NCBI GenBank assembly: GCA_030390025.1
Contig: CM059430.1
Coordinates: 62,558,001-62,622,000 of the forward strand
Direction: 5' to 3'
Length of the DNA stretch: 64,000 bases
Source of the DNA: Squalus acanthias
Taxonomy: Eukaryota
This document shows positions 28,001 through 38,702 of the stretch, piece by piece. The position numbers were made by a program, and so were the translations under genes. Numbering within the stretch: the first letter of the stretch is position 1; each line of letters starts with the position of its first letter. Below the pieces are notes generated by a model. It ran no database searches. It worked only from the letters and a program-made list of their open reading frames with translations, and was not told the DNA's origin.

Positions 28001-31000
28001 ATCTCTCCCTGAGAGGCCTGCAGGAGTCATAGGGAAGGTGGAAGGTCAGCTGTTTGCTCTGGTTGTTGATGCAACGCGACAACCTGTCGGGCTCCCTGGC
28101 CGATGGTCAAAGCTCCTAATACTGCTTCCATTCTTTCCAGTCATCGTTCTAGTGAGTCGAGGCCTGCCTGTCTAGGGGTGTTGTGACAATTGTTGCATTG
28201 AGAGGCATAGTGGCCTAGACGTTGGCAGAGATGAAGCACGCTGAAGTAATTTCCCCTGAAGTTCTAGATGGCCCTGACTTTTGCTTAGGCAGCAAGCCCT
28301 CAACAGCCGCTAAAGCAACCTTGGCATGTGTCACAGGGATATTGGCACGGGTCTGATCCCAAGCAGTCCTGGCATGGGCGCGTATTTGGTCCCACTCGAT
28401 GTTTTTAGAGACATAAATGTGCAGCGCATTACGGGCCAGCGGTTGGAGGTCGTTCAAAAAGAGGGTTCCTTCCACCCCACCTGGTGCACTGGAAGATGCC
28501 ATGAAGTTTATGCACAAAGGCATTCGGGCTTTCGGTAGGGCCCTGTTTGGTGTTAGCTAGAAGCTGGTGAAAATCAATGCTCTCTTTCCCTAGTGTTTGG
28601 CATAGTTCTAACTCAATCTCATCTATTGTGCTCCACCCCCACCCCACTCAGGATATCCAGGTCCATTTCTTGTTTTAATCCTGAGGAAGATGCTTCCAGG
28701 GGACCTCTTTGAGGCCGTCCCCTTCTAGTTCTGCTTGGTTGATTATAAATATCCTCCACCACTGCCTGACGTCGAGGGGGCTGATGTCCATGTCCACCAC
28801 CCCAGGTTAGCCTTTAGCTCCACCACTTCAACCGCAGTAAGGGACGGATGTGTGCTTGTGGTAATGTTTTCTGCCTATCTACTAATGGTGGTCGAGGAGG
28901 TTGCCTCGCCTTTCAGGTCTCGGTCAGCCTGGCGCCTGGTCTCGCATGGTGCCTTAGCTCGGGTGACCACACATACTGGTATCCTCTCCCCCGCCTCGCC
29001 ATCCTTGTAGGGTGGGGGCGGAGCAAATGGAACAGAGTGAGCAGAGGCAGTAGTGTCCCCAACTACGTTGTCACAGCAAAGGCCAGGATCTTCTGGGTTT
29101 GTCTTGGAGACAGCAGCCATTACTGCCCGTTGTTGGCCAATTTTTGCCTGCAGCTGTTGGATTTTTTCAAAGCACGGGCCATGGTCTGCTTGGGGGGAGG
29201 CAGTGGTTTGGCGCCAGTTTAATTCCCTTAACGCCCCACTTGCATCCTCTAACTCCTCACCCAATCTGGTGTTTTCTGCCTGTAGTTCAATATTCTGCTC
29301 AAGTATTTGAGCTAGTTTCTTTTATGTACATTACATTTTGTCATGAATCTTTTGCTCCCAGCGCGACTGGTTGCGGAGGGCAGAAAGCTTCTCTCGCCAA
29401 TCACTTCTTTCTCTCTGCATTTGGCCGACTTAAACTTTTAACTCTTTAATCTCCCTGTTTAACTTGGCAGCGCACAAGTGTGCCCCGTAGGCTAACCTCT
29501 ATCGGCCTCTCTTTATTTTAAGTTTGTTTTTTTGAACAACCTCAGAGAGTTTATCAAGGATGTAGTCATAGTCCCCGTTACCATCTTCTAAGATTTTTAG
29601 GAGGTCCGCTGCTGTGGACGTGCCGACTTTTTCTGTCAGGCTGTTCTCGATCGTATGCCAACGCCATTGTACCACTGGTTTTAACGTTTCCCAACTCTCT
29701 CCCTTTCCCTTCTTTCAGGGAGTCTTCTACTTAGTCTCAAGTGATGATCACGCGCGGTCGACCAAGTCCCTCTGGTCTCTGCAAGCAGAAACTTACAACT
29801 CTCAAAACTGTGATTCCACTTCTGACACCATTGTAACATTTGGATCACAGGACACGCACAGATTACCCAAACGGTCTTAGGAGTTGTAAGGCATTATTAA
29901 GAAGTGGCAGTTTCAGTTAAGTACAACACGCAATCAAGATAGACATAGTAGACATACGGCCGTGACAAGCAGCTGGTATCGGTCCCGATCAGACAGACGG
30001 CTGGCGTGTGCGAACAGCTCCTCCCTTCCGTTCATCGTCTGTGCTAAACGCTCTTTAAATATCTCTTTTATTCTCGTTTTATGGGTGGGCACAGGGTAGA
30101 TTATCAAAGATACAATCAAAAACCTTTCGAGTACACATACAGCAGACAGCTAGTCTGGAAACAAGGTCACCGCCATGGTGCAGAATTTTATATCGAAGAC
30201 TTTTTTGTGTGTCCTTCTGATGCTTGCATTGAACAGCAGTCCAGAGAACTTGCAAAACTACCAATTAATAATATTTCCAAGCGCCTGCTGCCCTTATCCT
30301 TCTCGGTGGAAGAGGTCGCAGGATTGGGAGGTGCTGTCGAACAAGCCTTGGCGAGTTGCTGCAGTGCATCTTGTAGAAGGTACACACTGCAGCCACGGTA
30401 CGCCGGTGGTGGAGGGAGCGAATGTTTAAGGTGGTGGATAGGGAGCCAATCAATTGGGCTGCTTTCTCCTGGATGGTGTCGAGCTTCTTGAGTCTTGTTG
30501 GAGCTGCACTCATCCAGGCAAGTGAAGAGTATTCCATCACACTCCTTACTTGTGCTTTGTAGATGGTGGAAAGGATTTGGGGAGTCAGGAGGTCAGACAC
30601 TCGCCGCAGAATACCTACACGCTGACCTGCTCTTGTTGCCACAGTATTTATCTGGCTGGTCCAGTTATGTTTCTGGACAATAGTGACCCACAGGATGTTG
30701 ATGGTGGGGGATTTGGCGATGGTAATGCCGTTGAATGTCAAGGGGCGCTGTGCAGACTCTCGCTTGTTGGAGATAGTCATTGCGTGGCACTTATGTGGCG
30801 CGAATGTTACCTGCCACTTATAAGCCCAAGCCTGAACGGCGTCCAGGTCTTGTTGCATGCAGGCATGGACTGCTTCATTATCTGAGGCGTTGTGAATGGC
30901 ACTGAACACCGTGCAGTCATCAGCGAACATCCCCATTTCTGACCTTATGATGGAGGGAAGTTCATTCATGAAGCAGCTGAAGATGGTTTGGCCTAAGGAC

Positions 31001-32478
31001 ACTGCCCTGAGGAACTCCTGCAGTAATGTCCTGGGGTTGGGATGTTTGACCCCAACCACCGCAACCATCTTCCTTTGTGCTAGGTATGACTCCAGCCAGT
31101 GGAGAGGTTTCCCCCCGATTCCCATTGACTTCAGTTTTACTAGGGATCCTTGATGCCACACTCGGTCATAAGCTGCCTTGATATCAAGGGCAGTCACTTG
31201 CACCTCACCTCGGGAATTCAGCTCCTTTGTCCATGTTTGGACCAAGGCTGTAATGAGGTCTGGAGCTGAGTGGTCCTGGCGGAACCCAAACTGAGCATTA
31301 GTGAGCAGGTTATTGTTGAGTAAGTGCCGCTTGATAGCACTGTCGATGACACTTTCCACAACTTTCAGAAGTACGATTTATTTACTAATGCCAGTTTCTT
31401 TAAGATCCTCATTCTAACTAGAACCTTGGTTCCCCACTATTTTGTCATGTTCCGTAAAGACAGATACAAAATATTTGTTTAATATCTGCCATTTCATCTA
31501 TTTTCCTGATTTATACTGTGTCCGACACTAGATCTACTGTTAGGGGACCGATACTCTACTCCCACCAGTGTTTTCTTTTCCTTGTTGTTTCATAGCTCCA
31601 ACAAAGTGAACCTTTCCCTCTACTGTCTTTATCCCATTCTTTATTATCAGGGCTACCGGACCTCCTTTTCCATTTTGCCTATCTCTTCTAAAAGTTAAGT
31701 ACCCTGCCATATTTAGTTCTTGGATTTGAAAAAAAAAGTTAGGTTCTAAAGCTGCCGCTGATTTAAACATTTCTGTAACACTGTGTTGCAGGATGAACAT
31801 TGACAGGTTTGAATATAAGTTACAGGGCCCACAGTGCCTTAACATTCGCTCTTATCTAAATATATATGAACTATGGTTTGTGCACTTGATATCTTGCCTC
31901 GGCCAATCCGTTAAATGTTTGATCAGCGGTACGTAAACTGGTGAAGGCAATGAACTAGCCACATAACCAAACTCTTTCTTTCTGACCCATGCAGGAAGCA
32001 GCGGCTGAGACCGTGCATTATGCTGCATTAGATTTAAACAGAAGCCGGAAAACTCCAAGACGGGAAATTGAAGCGGAGAGAACCGTGTACGCTCAGGTAG
32101 GACTGAGTAACAGATCAGAGAAACAAAGATCATCAGTGTAACATCAACATTCATGCGCTAGCGTGGGGCATATGTTTGCGCTGACTTTGACCGTGTGTTG
32201 TATCGAAGGATATTTGCGTGTCCTTCTAATGCCTGCTTTGAGCAGCAGTCCAGACAACTTGCAAAACGACCAATTAACAATATTTCCAAACATTGGCTTT
32301 ACAGACCGAACAAGGGACAGCCCGTGACAAACTGACGTACGCAGCTATAGCATTGACTGGCTCAGAGAAAACGGGGAAATGCAAAAATAACGAACGAAGC
32401 ACAGAGTATGCCCAGCTGAAGACCAAAAAACAAAGAGGAGTAACAGAGGCTGTCTACACAGAAGCAAGAATCAATTAG
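19021..32478 (+). CDS. Gene 1: spliced VJ-C1-TM receptor with ITIM/ITSM-type tail (NKp30/SIRP-like, predicted inhibitory); exons 19021-19081, 19277-19597, 20084-20395, 22116-22229, 22932-22975, 31995-32096, 32305-32478; 375 aa
   Basis: All introns are GT..AG with compatible phases (1,1,1,1,0,0). The summed exons are 1128 nt, open to TAG at 32476-32478. Domain order is signal peptide, V-set, C1-set, hydrophobic TM, tyrosine motifs. Confidence 0.85.
19277..19597 (+). CDS. Gene 1 exon 2, Ig V-set domain with germline-joined J-like G strand
   Basis: Acceptor ttttccaacag; ITFQC...W...DSGIYHC V-set motifs; GNGTGSHLTV diglycine J-like motif; donor G|GTAAGT. Confidence 0.92.
20084..20395 (+). CDS. 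Gene 1 exon 3, Ig C1-set domain
   Basis: Acceptor ctgtcttccgcag; LTLVC..FYP...W.KNG...EGLY.VSS...YICLVCHASL are C1-set hallmarks; donor CAG|GTACG. Confidence 0.92.
22116..22229 (+). CDS. Gene 1 exon 4, transmembrane (no charged residue)
   Basis: Acceptor atcttacag; SLYILAPGCAVGGLAFLVLMIFIGTRCR; donor AAG|GTAAGA. Confidence 0.88.
22932..22975 (+). CDS. Gene 1 exon 5, short cytoplasmic exon (GKEECVRGTNRLQEL)
   Basis: Acceptor ttcgtttccag, donor CTG|GTACG; homologous exon in gene 2 at 49953. Confidence 0.75.
23231..24437 (-). mobile_element. CR1 3' half in gene 1 intron 5 (5' remnant at ~31360-31730)
   Basis: cataagaacataagaa tail; ORFs 23329..23628 and 24261..24476 are RT-like. Confidence 0.85.
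24438..24888 (-). repeat. 3' LTR (451 bp)
   Basis: TGTAAGA...TCTTACA inverted ends; polypurine tract aaggtggggagt (minus strand) adjacent at 24889-24900. Confidence 0.88.
29813..29830 (-). other. Primer-binding site complementary to the tRNA-Leu 3' end
   Basis: Minus strand TGGTGTCAGAAGTGGAAT vs tRNA-Leu(CAA) 3' ...ATCCCACTTCTGACACCA, one mismatch. Confidence 0.8.
29832..30192 (-). repeat. 5' LTR (truncated)
   Basis: Homologous to 24438-24770; PBS immediately adjacent. Confidence 0.85.
30281..31360 (-). mobile_element. Family-B LINE RT fragment
   Basis: ORF 30265..31359: QFGFR, LDIKAAYDRVWH, MFADDC, YKAQVRSVMEYS. Confidence 0.88.
31995..32096 (+). CDS. Gene 1 exon 6, cytoplasmic, VHYAAL (ITIM) and TVYAQ
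   Basis: Acceptor ccatgcag, phase 0; EAAAETVHYAALDLNRSRKTPRREIEAERTVYAQ; donor CAG|GTAGG. Confidence 0.82.
32305..32478 (+). CDS. Gene 1 exon 7, terminal cytoplasmic exon, LTYAAI / TEYAQL / AVYTEA
   Basis: Acceptor ttggctttacag; same frame as ORF 32293..32478; TAG stop. Confidence 0.82.
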   Translation, partial: TEQGTARDKLTYAAIALTGSEKTGKCKNNERSTEYAQLKTKKQRGVTEAVYTEARIN

Positions 32479-32809
32479 TAATACATTTTAGCTGCAGAAG
32501 TTAGTTTTTTGGTGTTTACTGATCGCATGCCAAGCCATATCAACTGCACGCCGATGTCTACCATGCGATACCATCCTTCCGAGAGGTAACGCATTCTGGT
32601 GATGTATCAGAGAATGCAGTTTATAGTTATTACTTACTGTTCAATAATTTGATGTATTTTATTTCAGCCACTTTTAAGAACAAAGTAACTTTCCTGACAT
32701 ACTTTAATGTTAAATTTGTATTATTTACCTGTTTGCAAATATCTACGCTTTCGATTAAAATAATACGCTAATTGCCTCGCTGTACACAATTATCATCATA
32801 CATGAATTC

Positions 32810-32815
32810 AATAAA
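32810..32815 (+). terminator. Polyadenylation signal AATAAA of gene 1
   Basis: AATAAA ~330 nt after the stop; same context conserved downstream of gene 2 (51241). Confidence 0.6.
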
Positions 32816-34172
32816 AATAGATTATATACGGTCTCTTGCAATTCAACTATTCGTGTTGTATTTAGCGAGTAAAACTAAAAAAAATCCTGTGAGCGGATTT
32901 AGGTGTGGCGTCACTGCACTCTGACTTCAAGTCCAGGTGACGCTCCTGATGTGAAACGGCTGAAGCTCCAGTCGAGGGACACGCCCATCAACCTACAGAA
33001 AGTAGCTACCAGTTGTTTTAGGTCCTGCAAACATCGGTCTATCCATGTGGCAACGTAGAATCATAGAATCTTACAGCACAGAAGGAGGCCATGCTGCCCA
33101 TTGTGCCCATGCCGCCACTTTGAAAGATTAGTCCCAATTAGTCCCACTCTCGCGATCCTTCTGCAAAGTCCTGCAATTTTCTCCTTTTTAAGTAAATATC
33201 AAATTCCGTTTTGAAGGTTACCATGTATTCTGCTTGCAAGACTCATTATTTAAAGGTGTCATTTAAAAAAAATCATGCAAACGACATCTGCTGCATTTCC
33301 TTGATCTATTCTCACTGCTGTTTCCTCAAAGAATTCTAGAAGGGAGGTCAAGGACGAATTACCTTTTCGAAATCCGTGCTGATTTGCCTTAACTAGCTCA
33401 GTTTTCGACACGAACTTCGCAGTTTTATCCCGAATGACAGGGGCGAAAAATTGAATTAATTTTGCAACTGTTTACCTGTCATTATGTTTCAGTTTACGTC
33501 AAATACCATATTCTCACCTAATAACAATCCGTTGCTTCGAAATGAAGACAAAGTGGTGTTGATTATTTTGACAATTAATTACCCAAAACAGTGGTACATC
33601 TATGTACATGATTGAAAAGGTTATTGTGTGGGCGATCTATCAGTTCTGATAAAGTATAAGCGATTTGCTGTGGTTTTTATCTTCTGGTTGTCGCTACACT
33701 GATGTACTGCTAACTATTGACCAGGGCGAATCGCTTTTGCGAGCTAAGTAAAGGACGTGGTTCAGTGGCTCAGCTCGAAGCACCAACACGTCTTGTTCTA
33801 AATTTAACTCCGTTAATTGCAGCATACTGAAAACGTATCTAGTGCTGAAGAGCAGCATTTATTTCACATCGCATGTTTCAGTTTAATTATAACAACACTT
33901 AATGTTCACATTCAAAAGACATTCTACTTCACATTTGTCATTGTAACTTTCCTAACCTCACTCTCGGTACCGATGGGAAGGTGTAAGCCCTTCGCCCTAA
34001 GGCTTTTGTCTCACTTTTATTGGTTCCATTTTCATATATTTCTCTAAGTGTTTTCCTGTACATTTTCTGCCTTTTATTATTTCATCCATACACAAATTTC
34101 AGTAGTTAAATTGTTTAAATCTGTGAAACGCACTACAATTTCTTTATGCCCTACAATACTGTAACATTGATC

Positions 34173-37100
34173 ACATGATGCCAGTGTTGTAACTGTACTG
34201 GAACAGCTTGGCTAGAGGCGCGGCTATTTTTGGAACAGAAGTCCTTAGCACTTTAGGCGGAATGTTGCAGTGGCCCATTGCGTTTGCTGCATCCTGTACC
34301 CTCAGCCTTTACTTGATATCACGTGGAGTTATTGGATTTGGCTGAAGACTGATATCTGTGATGGTGGAACCTCCGGAGGAGGCCGTGGTGGATCATCCAC
34401 TCGGCACTTCTGGCTGAAGATGGGTGCAAACGCTTCAGCCTTTTCTTTTGCACTTGCGTGCTGGGCTCCACCATTGTTGAGCATGTTCATGGAGCCTCCT
34501 CCTCCTCCCGTTAGTTCTTTAATTGTCCACCACCATTCAGGACTGGATGCGGCAGGACTGCAGATCTTTGATCTGATCCATTGGTTGTGTCATCGCTTAG
34601 CTCTGTCTGTATCATGCTGCTTCCGCTGTTTAGACAATTATAACTTCATCAGGTTGTCACCTCATTTTTAGGCACCCCTGGTGCTTCGTCCTGGTGCATG
34701 CCTGCACTACTTTTTGAGTCAGGGAGAGTCGTCTGGCTTGATGGTAATATTAGAGTGAGGGAAATGCCAGTCCATGAGGCTAAAGATTGTGGTGGAAACC
34801 AATTCTGCTGCTGCTGATGGCCCACCGCACCTTATGGATGCATAGTTTCGAGCTGGTAAATCTGTTCTGATCTAATCTGATCTGATTTAGCACAATAGGT
34901 GCCTCAGTATTAAGGCGGGATTTTGTTTGTCACTCCTACCAATGCCATGGTCATGTTTTTCAAGTTTTACTTGTTCAGCAGGATTTTGCCTCGTGTTTGT
35001 TGTATCACCACCTGCCACAATCTCAGTCAGCCAGGTCGGTCAGTAGTGGTTTCTACTGAGTCACTCTTGGTAACTGAAGTCCCCAGCAGTAAATTTTGTG
35101 CCTTCAGTATTTATTCCAAGTCGTGTTAAACATTCATCAGCTGAGGGCGGTAATCAGAAAGTGGTTGCCATGCCATGCAGATTCAATGTTGAGGTCTTCC
35201 ATGGCCGCTCGCTCCCGCTGTTGTGTTTGTCCTGCTGGTGGGATGTTGGCTGATCGGTCAGGGTAGTCGGTTGGACAGCTCTCTCAATTTTGGCATAATC
35301 AGTTGGTAGTGAGGAGGACCTTGCAGGTCGACTCGGCGTTGCCGTGCCCGAATCCAATTCCTAGGTCAATGTAGGTTCGGTTTAATTCTTCTTAAACGTT
35401 CTTGTAGCTGTGTTCTAAAACTGAGTTGGTATATGACGTCTTCTGCATTATCCTCGTCAGCTCTTTCCGTTACCTTTTCATAGATTTCTATCAGGTTAGT
35501 TAAGCATGAATTCGCCTTTCAGAATCCATGCTGATTATTTTTTATTATATATCCTATGTGTACGTTTTCTTTTATCAATTCTTTCAGTATAGAATCCAAT
35601 ATCTTTCCTATCACTGACGTTACACTGACTGGCCTATAGTTCCCAGGTTTTGTTCTATCTACCTTTCGTAATATAGGAACAATATTAACTGTCCGTTAGT
35701 CCTCTGGCAACATCCTCTATACAATTTATATATATATATATATTAATATTCTATTTAAGCGCATGCTCTAGAGAATTGTTTATTTTGTTACCTTCTTTAG
35801 TAAATACTGAGGCGAAGTAATTATTCAATTCTTCGGCCATTTCTCTGTCATTGCCTGTCAGTTTGTCTTGCTCATCTTTTAGTGGCATTATCCCTACTTT
35901 AATTTTCCTTTTGTTATTTATGTGTCTATTGAAGACTTTATTATTGATTGTTATATTTGCTAATAATTTTAAATTGTAATTTCTCTTTGCCTTCCAGATG
36001 TTTTTTTTATTTTCACTCCTAAGTTCTTCTAATTCCACTTTGTCCGCCTTTCTTTTAGTATCTAATTACTTCTTATATTTTTTTTCTTTAGATTCAATGT
36101 TCCCTTTAGACCTTTATTCAGTCAAGGTGCCCAATAATTAGTTTGCTATTTTGGCTTTTAGTGGAATACATTTCTCTTGAACTCTATTGATAACCCTTTT
36201 AATAACTTCCCATTGTTTACAATCTCTTTGTTTTTCAAGATTTTCTCTCAGTTTGCCACCTTCATTTACTCATAATTTGCTCTTTTCCTTTCGATTGCCT
36301 TAATCTTTGACCTACGTATGTCACTCTCGATCCTAATCTTGTACCTTTTTATGTTTTGAGCACAAGTTGTAAGTACTCTTCTACTCTTGGTTCTCCTATC
36401 TGTTCCGGTTCATTATCCATTACAAGATCTAGCAGCGTTCTTTTCTTGTTGGGGTACTTAAATAGTGGTTGAGAAAATAATCCGGTATGCACTGTAAAAA
36501 CGCGATTCCCTTTTCTCCTTTCGCTACTTCTTGCTGCCAATTTTTCTGGGGATTGTTGCAATCTACCATGATTATTATTCGATGCCTGCTACTCACCTCG
36601 TAGAGTTGCCGATATCTTTCTTCCTCCAATTCCATTCCACTATTTGGTGGTCTATAGGCAAGTATTTACTTTCCTTATCTGCTTGTCTCTATGCCGATTT
36701 GCACGCGGCTCGGGATTCTGAGGTTATTGCTGATGAGGTTCTGTTTTTTATGTTAGCTGCTCACTCATGATTCTCCCTTGGAAGGATGTTGGACATCATG
36801 AGAGTTAAAAGTATAACCGTCGAACTTCTTCGTATCATCAAGCATAAACTTTTTAATAAAAACAGGATGAATTTCGAATGTCGTGGAACGAATGCATTGC
36901 TTCTCTTCTGATGTGTAAAGCGCTTGTGTAAGGCAATAAGTGTCAGTAATGATGTCACCCAAAAGTGGGGAATGTTTAGTTTTATGGTAATAAAATGTAA
37001 CTTTAGTGGCTGGGATAATAAAACATGGGCAGAAAATCCATTAGCTGCAATTAACCGTTGGTGAAGCTTTTCCTTCAAAGGGTTTAGGGTCTGTTAGGTC

Positions 37101-38702
37101 AGGAAGTAGCTTTGAAGTAAACTACTACAACTGTTTACATGAAGAGTCTATCTTTAAAGGATCGGCGATAGATACATCATCCCGTCTTGTCTATGACGTT
37201 TTCCTTTGCAGTAGTCAAAATATGGTGTATACAGGAGGATGGTTTTCAACAGTAATTCAGAGGGTTCGAAAGTTAAAACTTGTAACCCAAGAGCAGTTAG
37301 ACTGATCATCTTTACTGTGTATCAATAACGTATGTTCCGTATATTGTGCTACGAAATGTCTTGTGCTTACTCGAAACGTGTTGTTAACCAGATGAGGAAG
37401 GAGGTTGTCTGCTAACATTGGAACTCTTCCCTAATCTTTCCTAATTTTTTCGTTTTGCAATGGAGCACAACAAATGGATCCTACCCTCTCCCCCACCCTT
37501 TCCAGCTTTGGTTCTAGCCGTTTCGAAATGCACCTGACCCTAGTACTGGGTAGGCAACACATCCTTCGGCATACCGATCCTGACTTCAAAGAATACTCTC
37601 TACCCCCCCTAATTATAGAACCTCCAATAACTACAGCGTTTCTACTCTGCACCACTTCGCTTGGACTGCCTCCTGCTCCATAGTACCTTGGTCGGGATTG
37701 TGGCTGTCCTTCCCACAGTCTTTCAAATTATTCTCACAGGTATCCAGTATATTGTACCTGTTTGATACGAGCAATATCTGTTGGACCCTTTTTATAACAT
37801 TCCTTCCTGGGATGTGTTCGTCACTGGAAAGGTCATCATTTATTGCCAATCCCTAATTGCCTTTGAGAAGCTAGTGGCGAGCCGCCTTCTTCAACAGCTT
37901 CAGTCCATGGGGTGAAGGTACTCCCACAGTGCTGTTATGGAGGGGATACCAGGATTTTGACTAAGCGACGAGGAAGGAACGACGATTTATTTCCAAGTCA
38001 GGACGGTGTGTGACTTGGAGAGGAACTTGGAGGTGATGGGGTTCCCATGCGCCTGCTGATCCTGTCCTTCTAGGTGGTAGAAAGCTGCTGTCGAAGAAGC
38101 CTTGGCAAGTTGCTACAGTGCATGTTGTAGAAGGTACACACTGCAGCCATGGTGCGCTGGTGGTGGAGGGAGTGAATGTTTAAGGTGATGGATTCGGTTC
38201 CAATCAAGCGGGCTGCTTTGTCCTGAAGTGTTGTTGGAGCTGCACTCATCTAGGCAGCTGGGGAGCATTCCATCACACTCCTTACTTATGCCTTGTAGAT
38301 GGCTTTGTGTAGATAGGAGGTGAAACACTCGGCGCAGAATACCTAGCATCTTGCCTGCTCTTGTCGCCACAGTAATTTTGTGGCTGGCCCAGTTACGTTT
38401 CTGGTCAATGGTGACGCTCAGGATGTTGATGGTCGGGACTCCGGCGACGGTAATGCCGTTGAAAGTCCAGGGGCAGTGGTTAGGCTCTCGCTTGTTGGAG
38501 ATAGTCATTGCCTGGCTGTTCTGTGACGCGAATGTTAACTGCCACTTATCTGCCCAAGCCTGGATGACGTCCAGATCTTGTTGCATACGGGCATGGACTG
38601 CTTCATTATCTGAGAAGTTGTGAATGACACTGAACACATCAGCGAACATCCCCAATTCTGACTTTATGTTGGAAGAAAGATCATTAATGAAGCAGCTGGG
38701 CA
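34173..38702 (-). mobile_element. Copy-B LINE cluster (family-B fragment, CR1, chimeric family-B LINE 37790-38702)
   Basis: Duplicate of 917-4970 joined to a duplicate of 11725-12222. Confidence 0.8.

Larger units (their letters stand above)
24438..30192 (-). mobile_element. Decayed endogenous retrovirus/LTR element (class III/ERV-L-like RT)
   Basis: Paired LTRs, tRNA-Leu PBS, PPT, gag with PPPY and CCHC remnant, DSGA protease remnant, RT LVWPVRKPGDYRMTIDYHNLN. Confidence 0.85.

Noticed and set aside
19021-32478. Assigning a gene symbol (NCR3 or SIRPA)
   Set aside because: Features are mixed (NKp30-like VJ, single C1, SIRP-alpha-like tail); orthology cannot be established without phylogeny and synteny.
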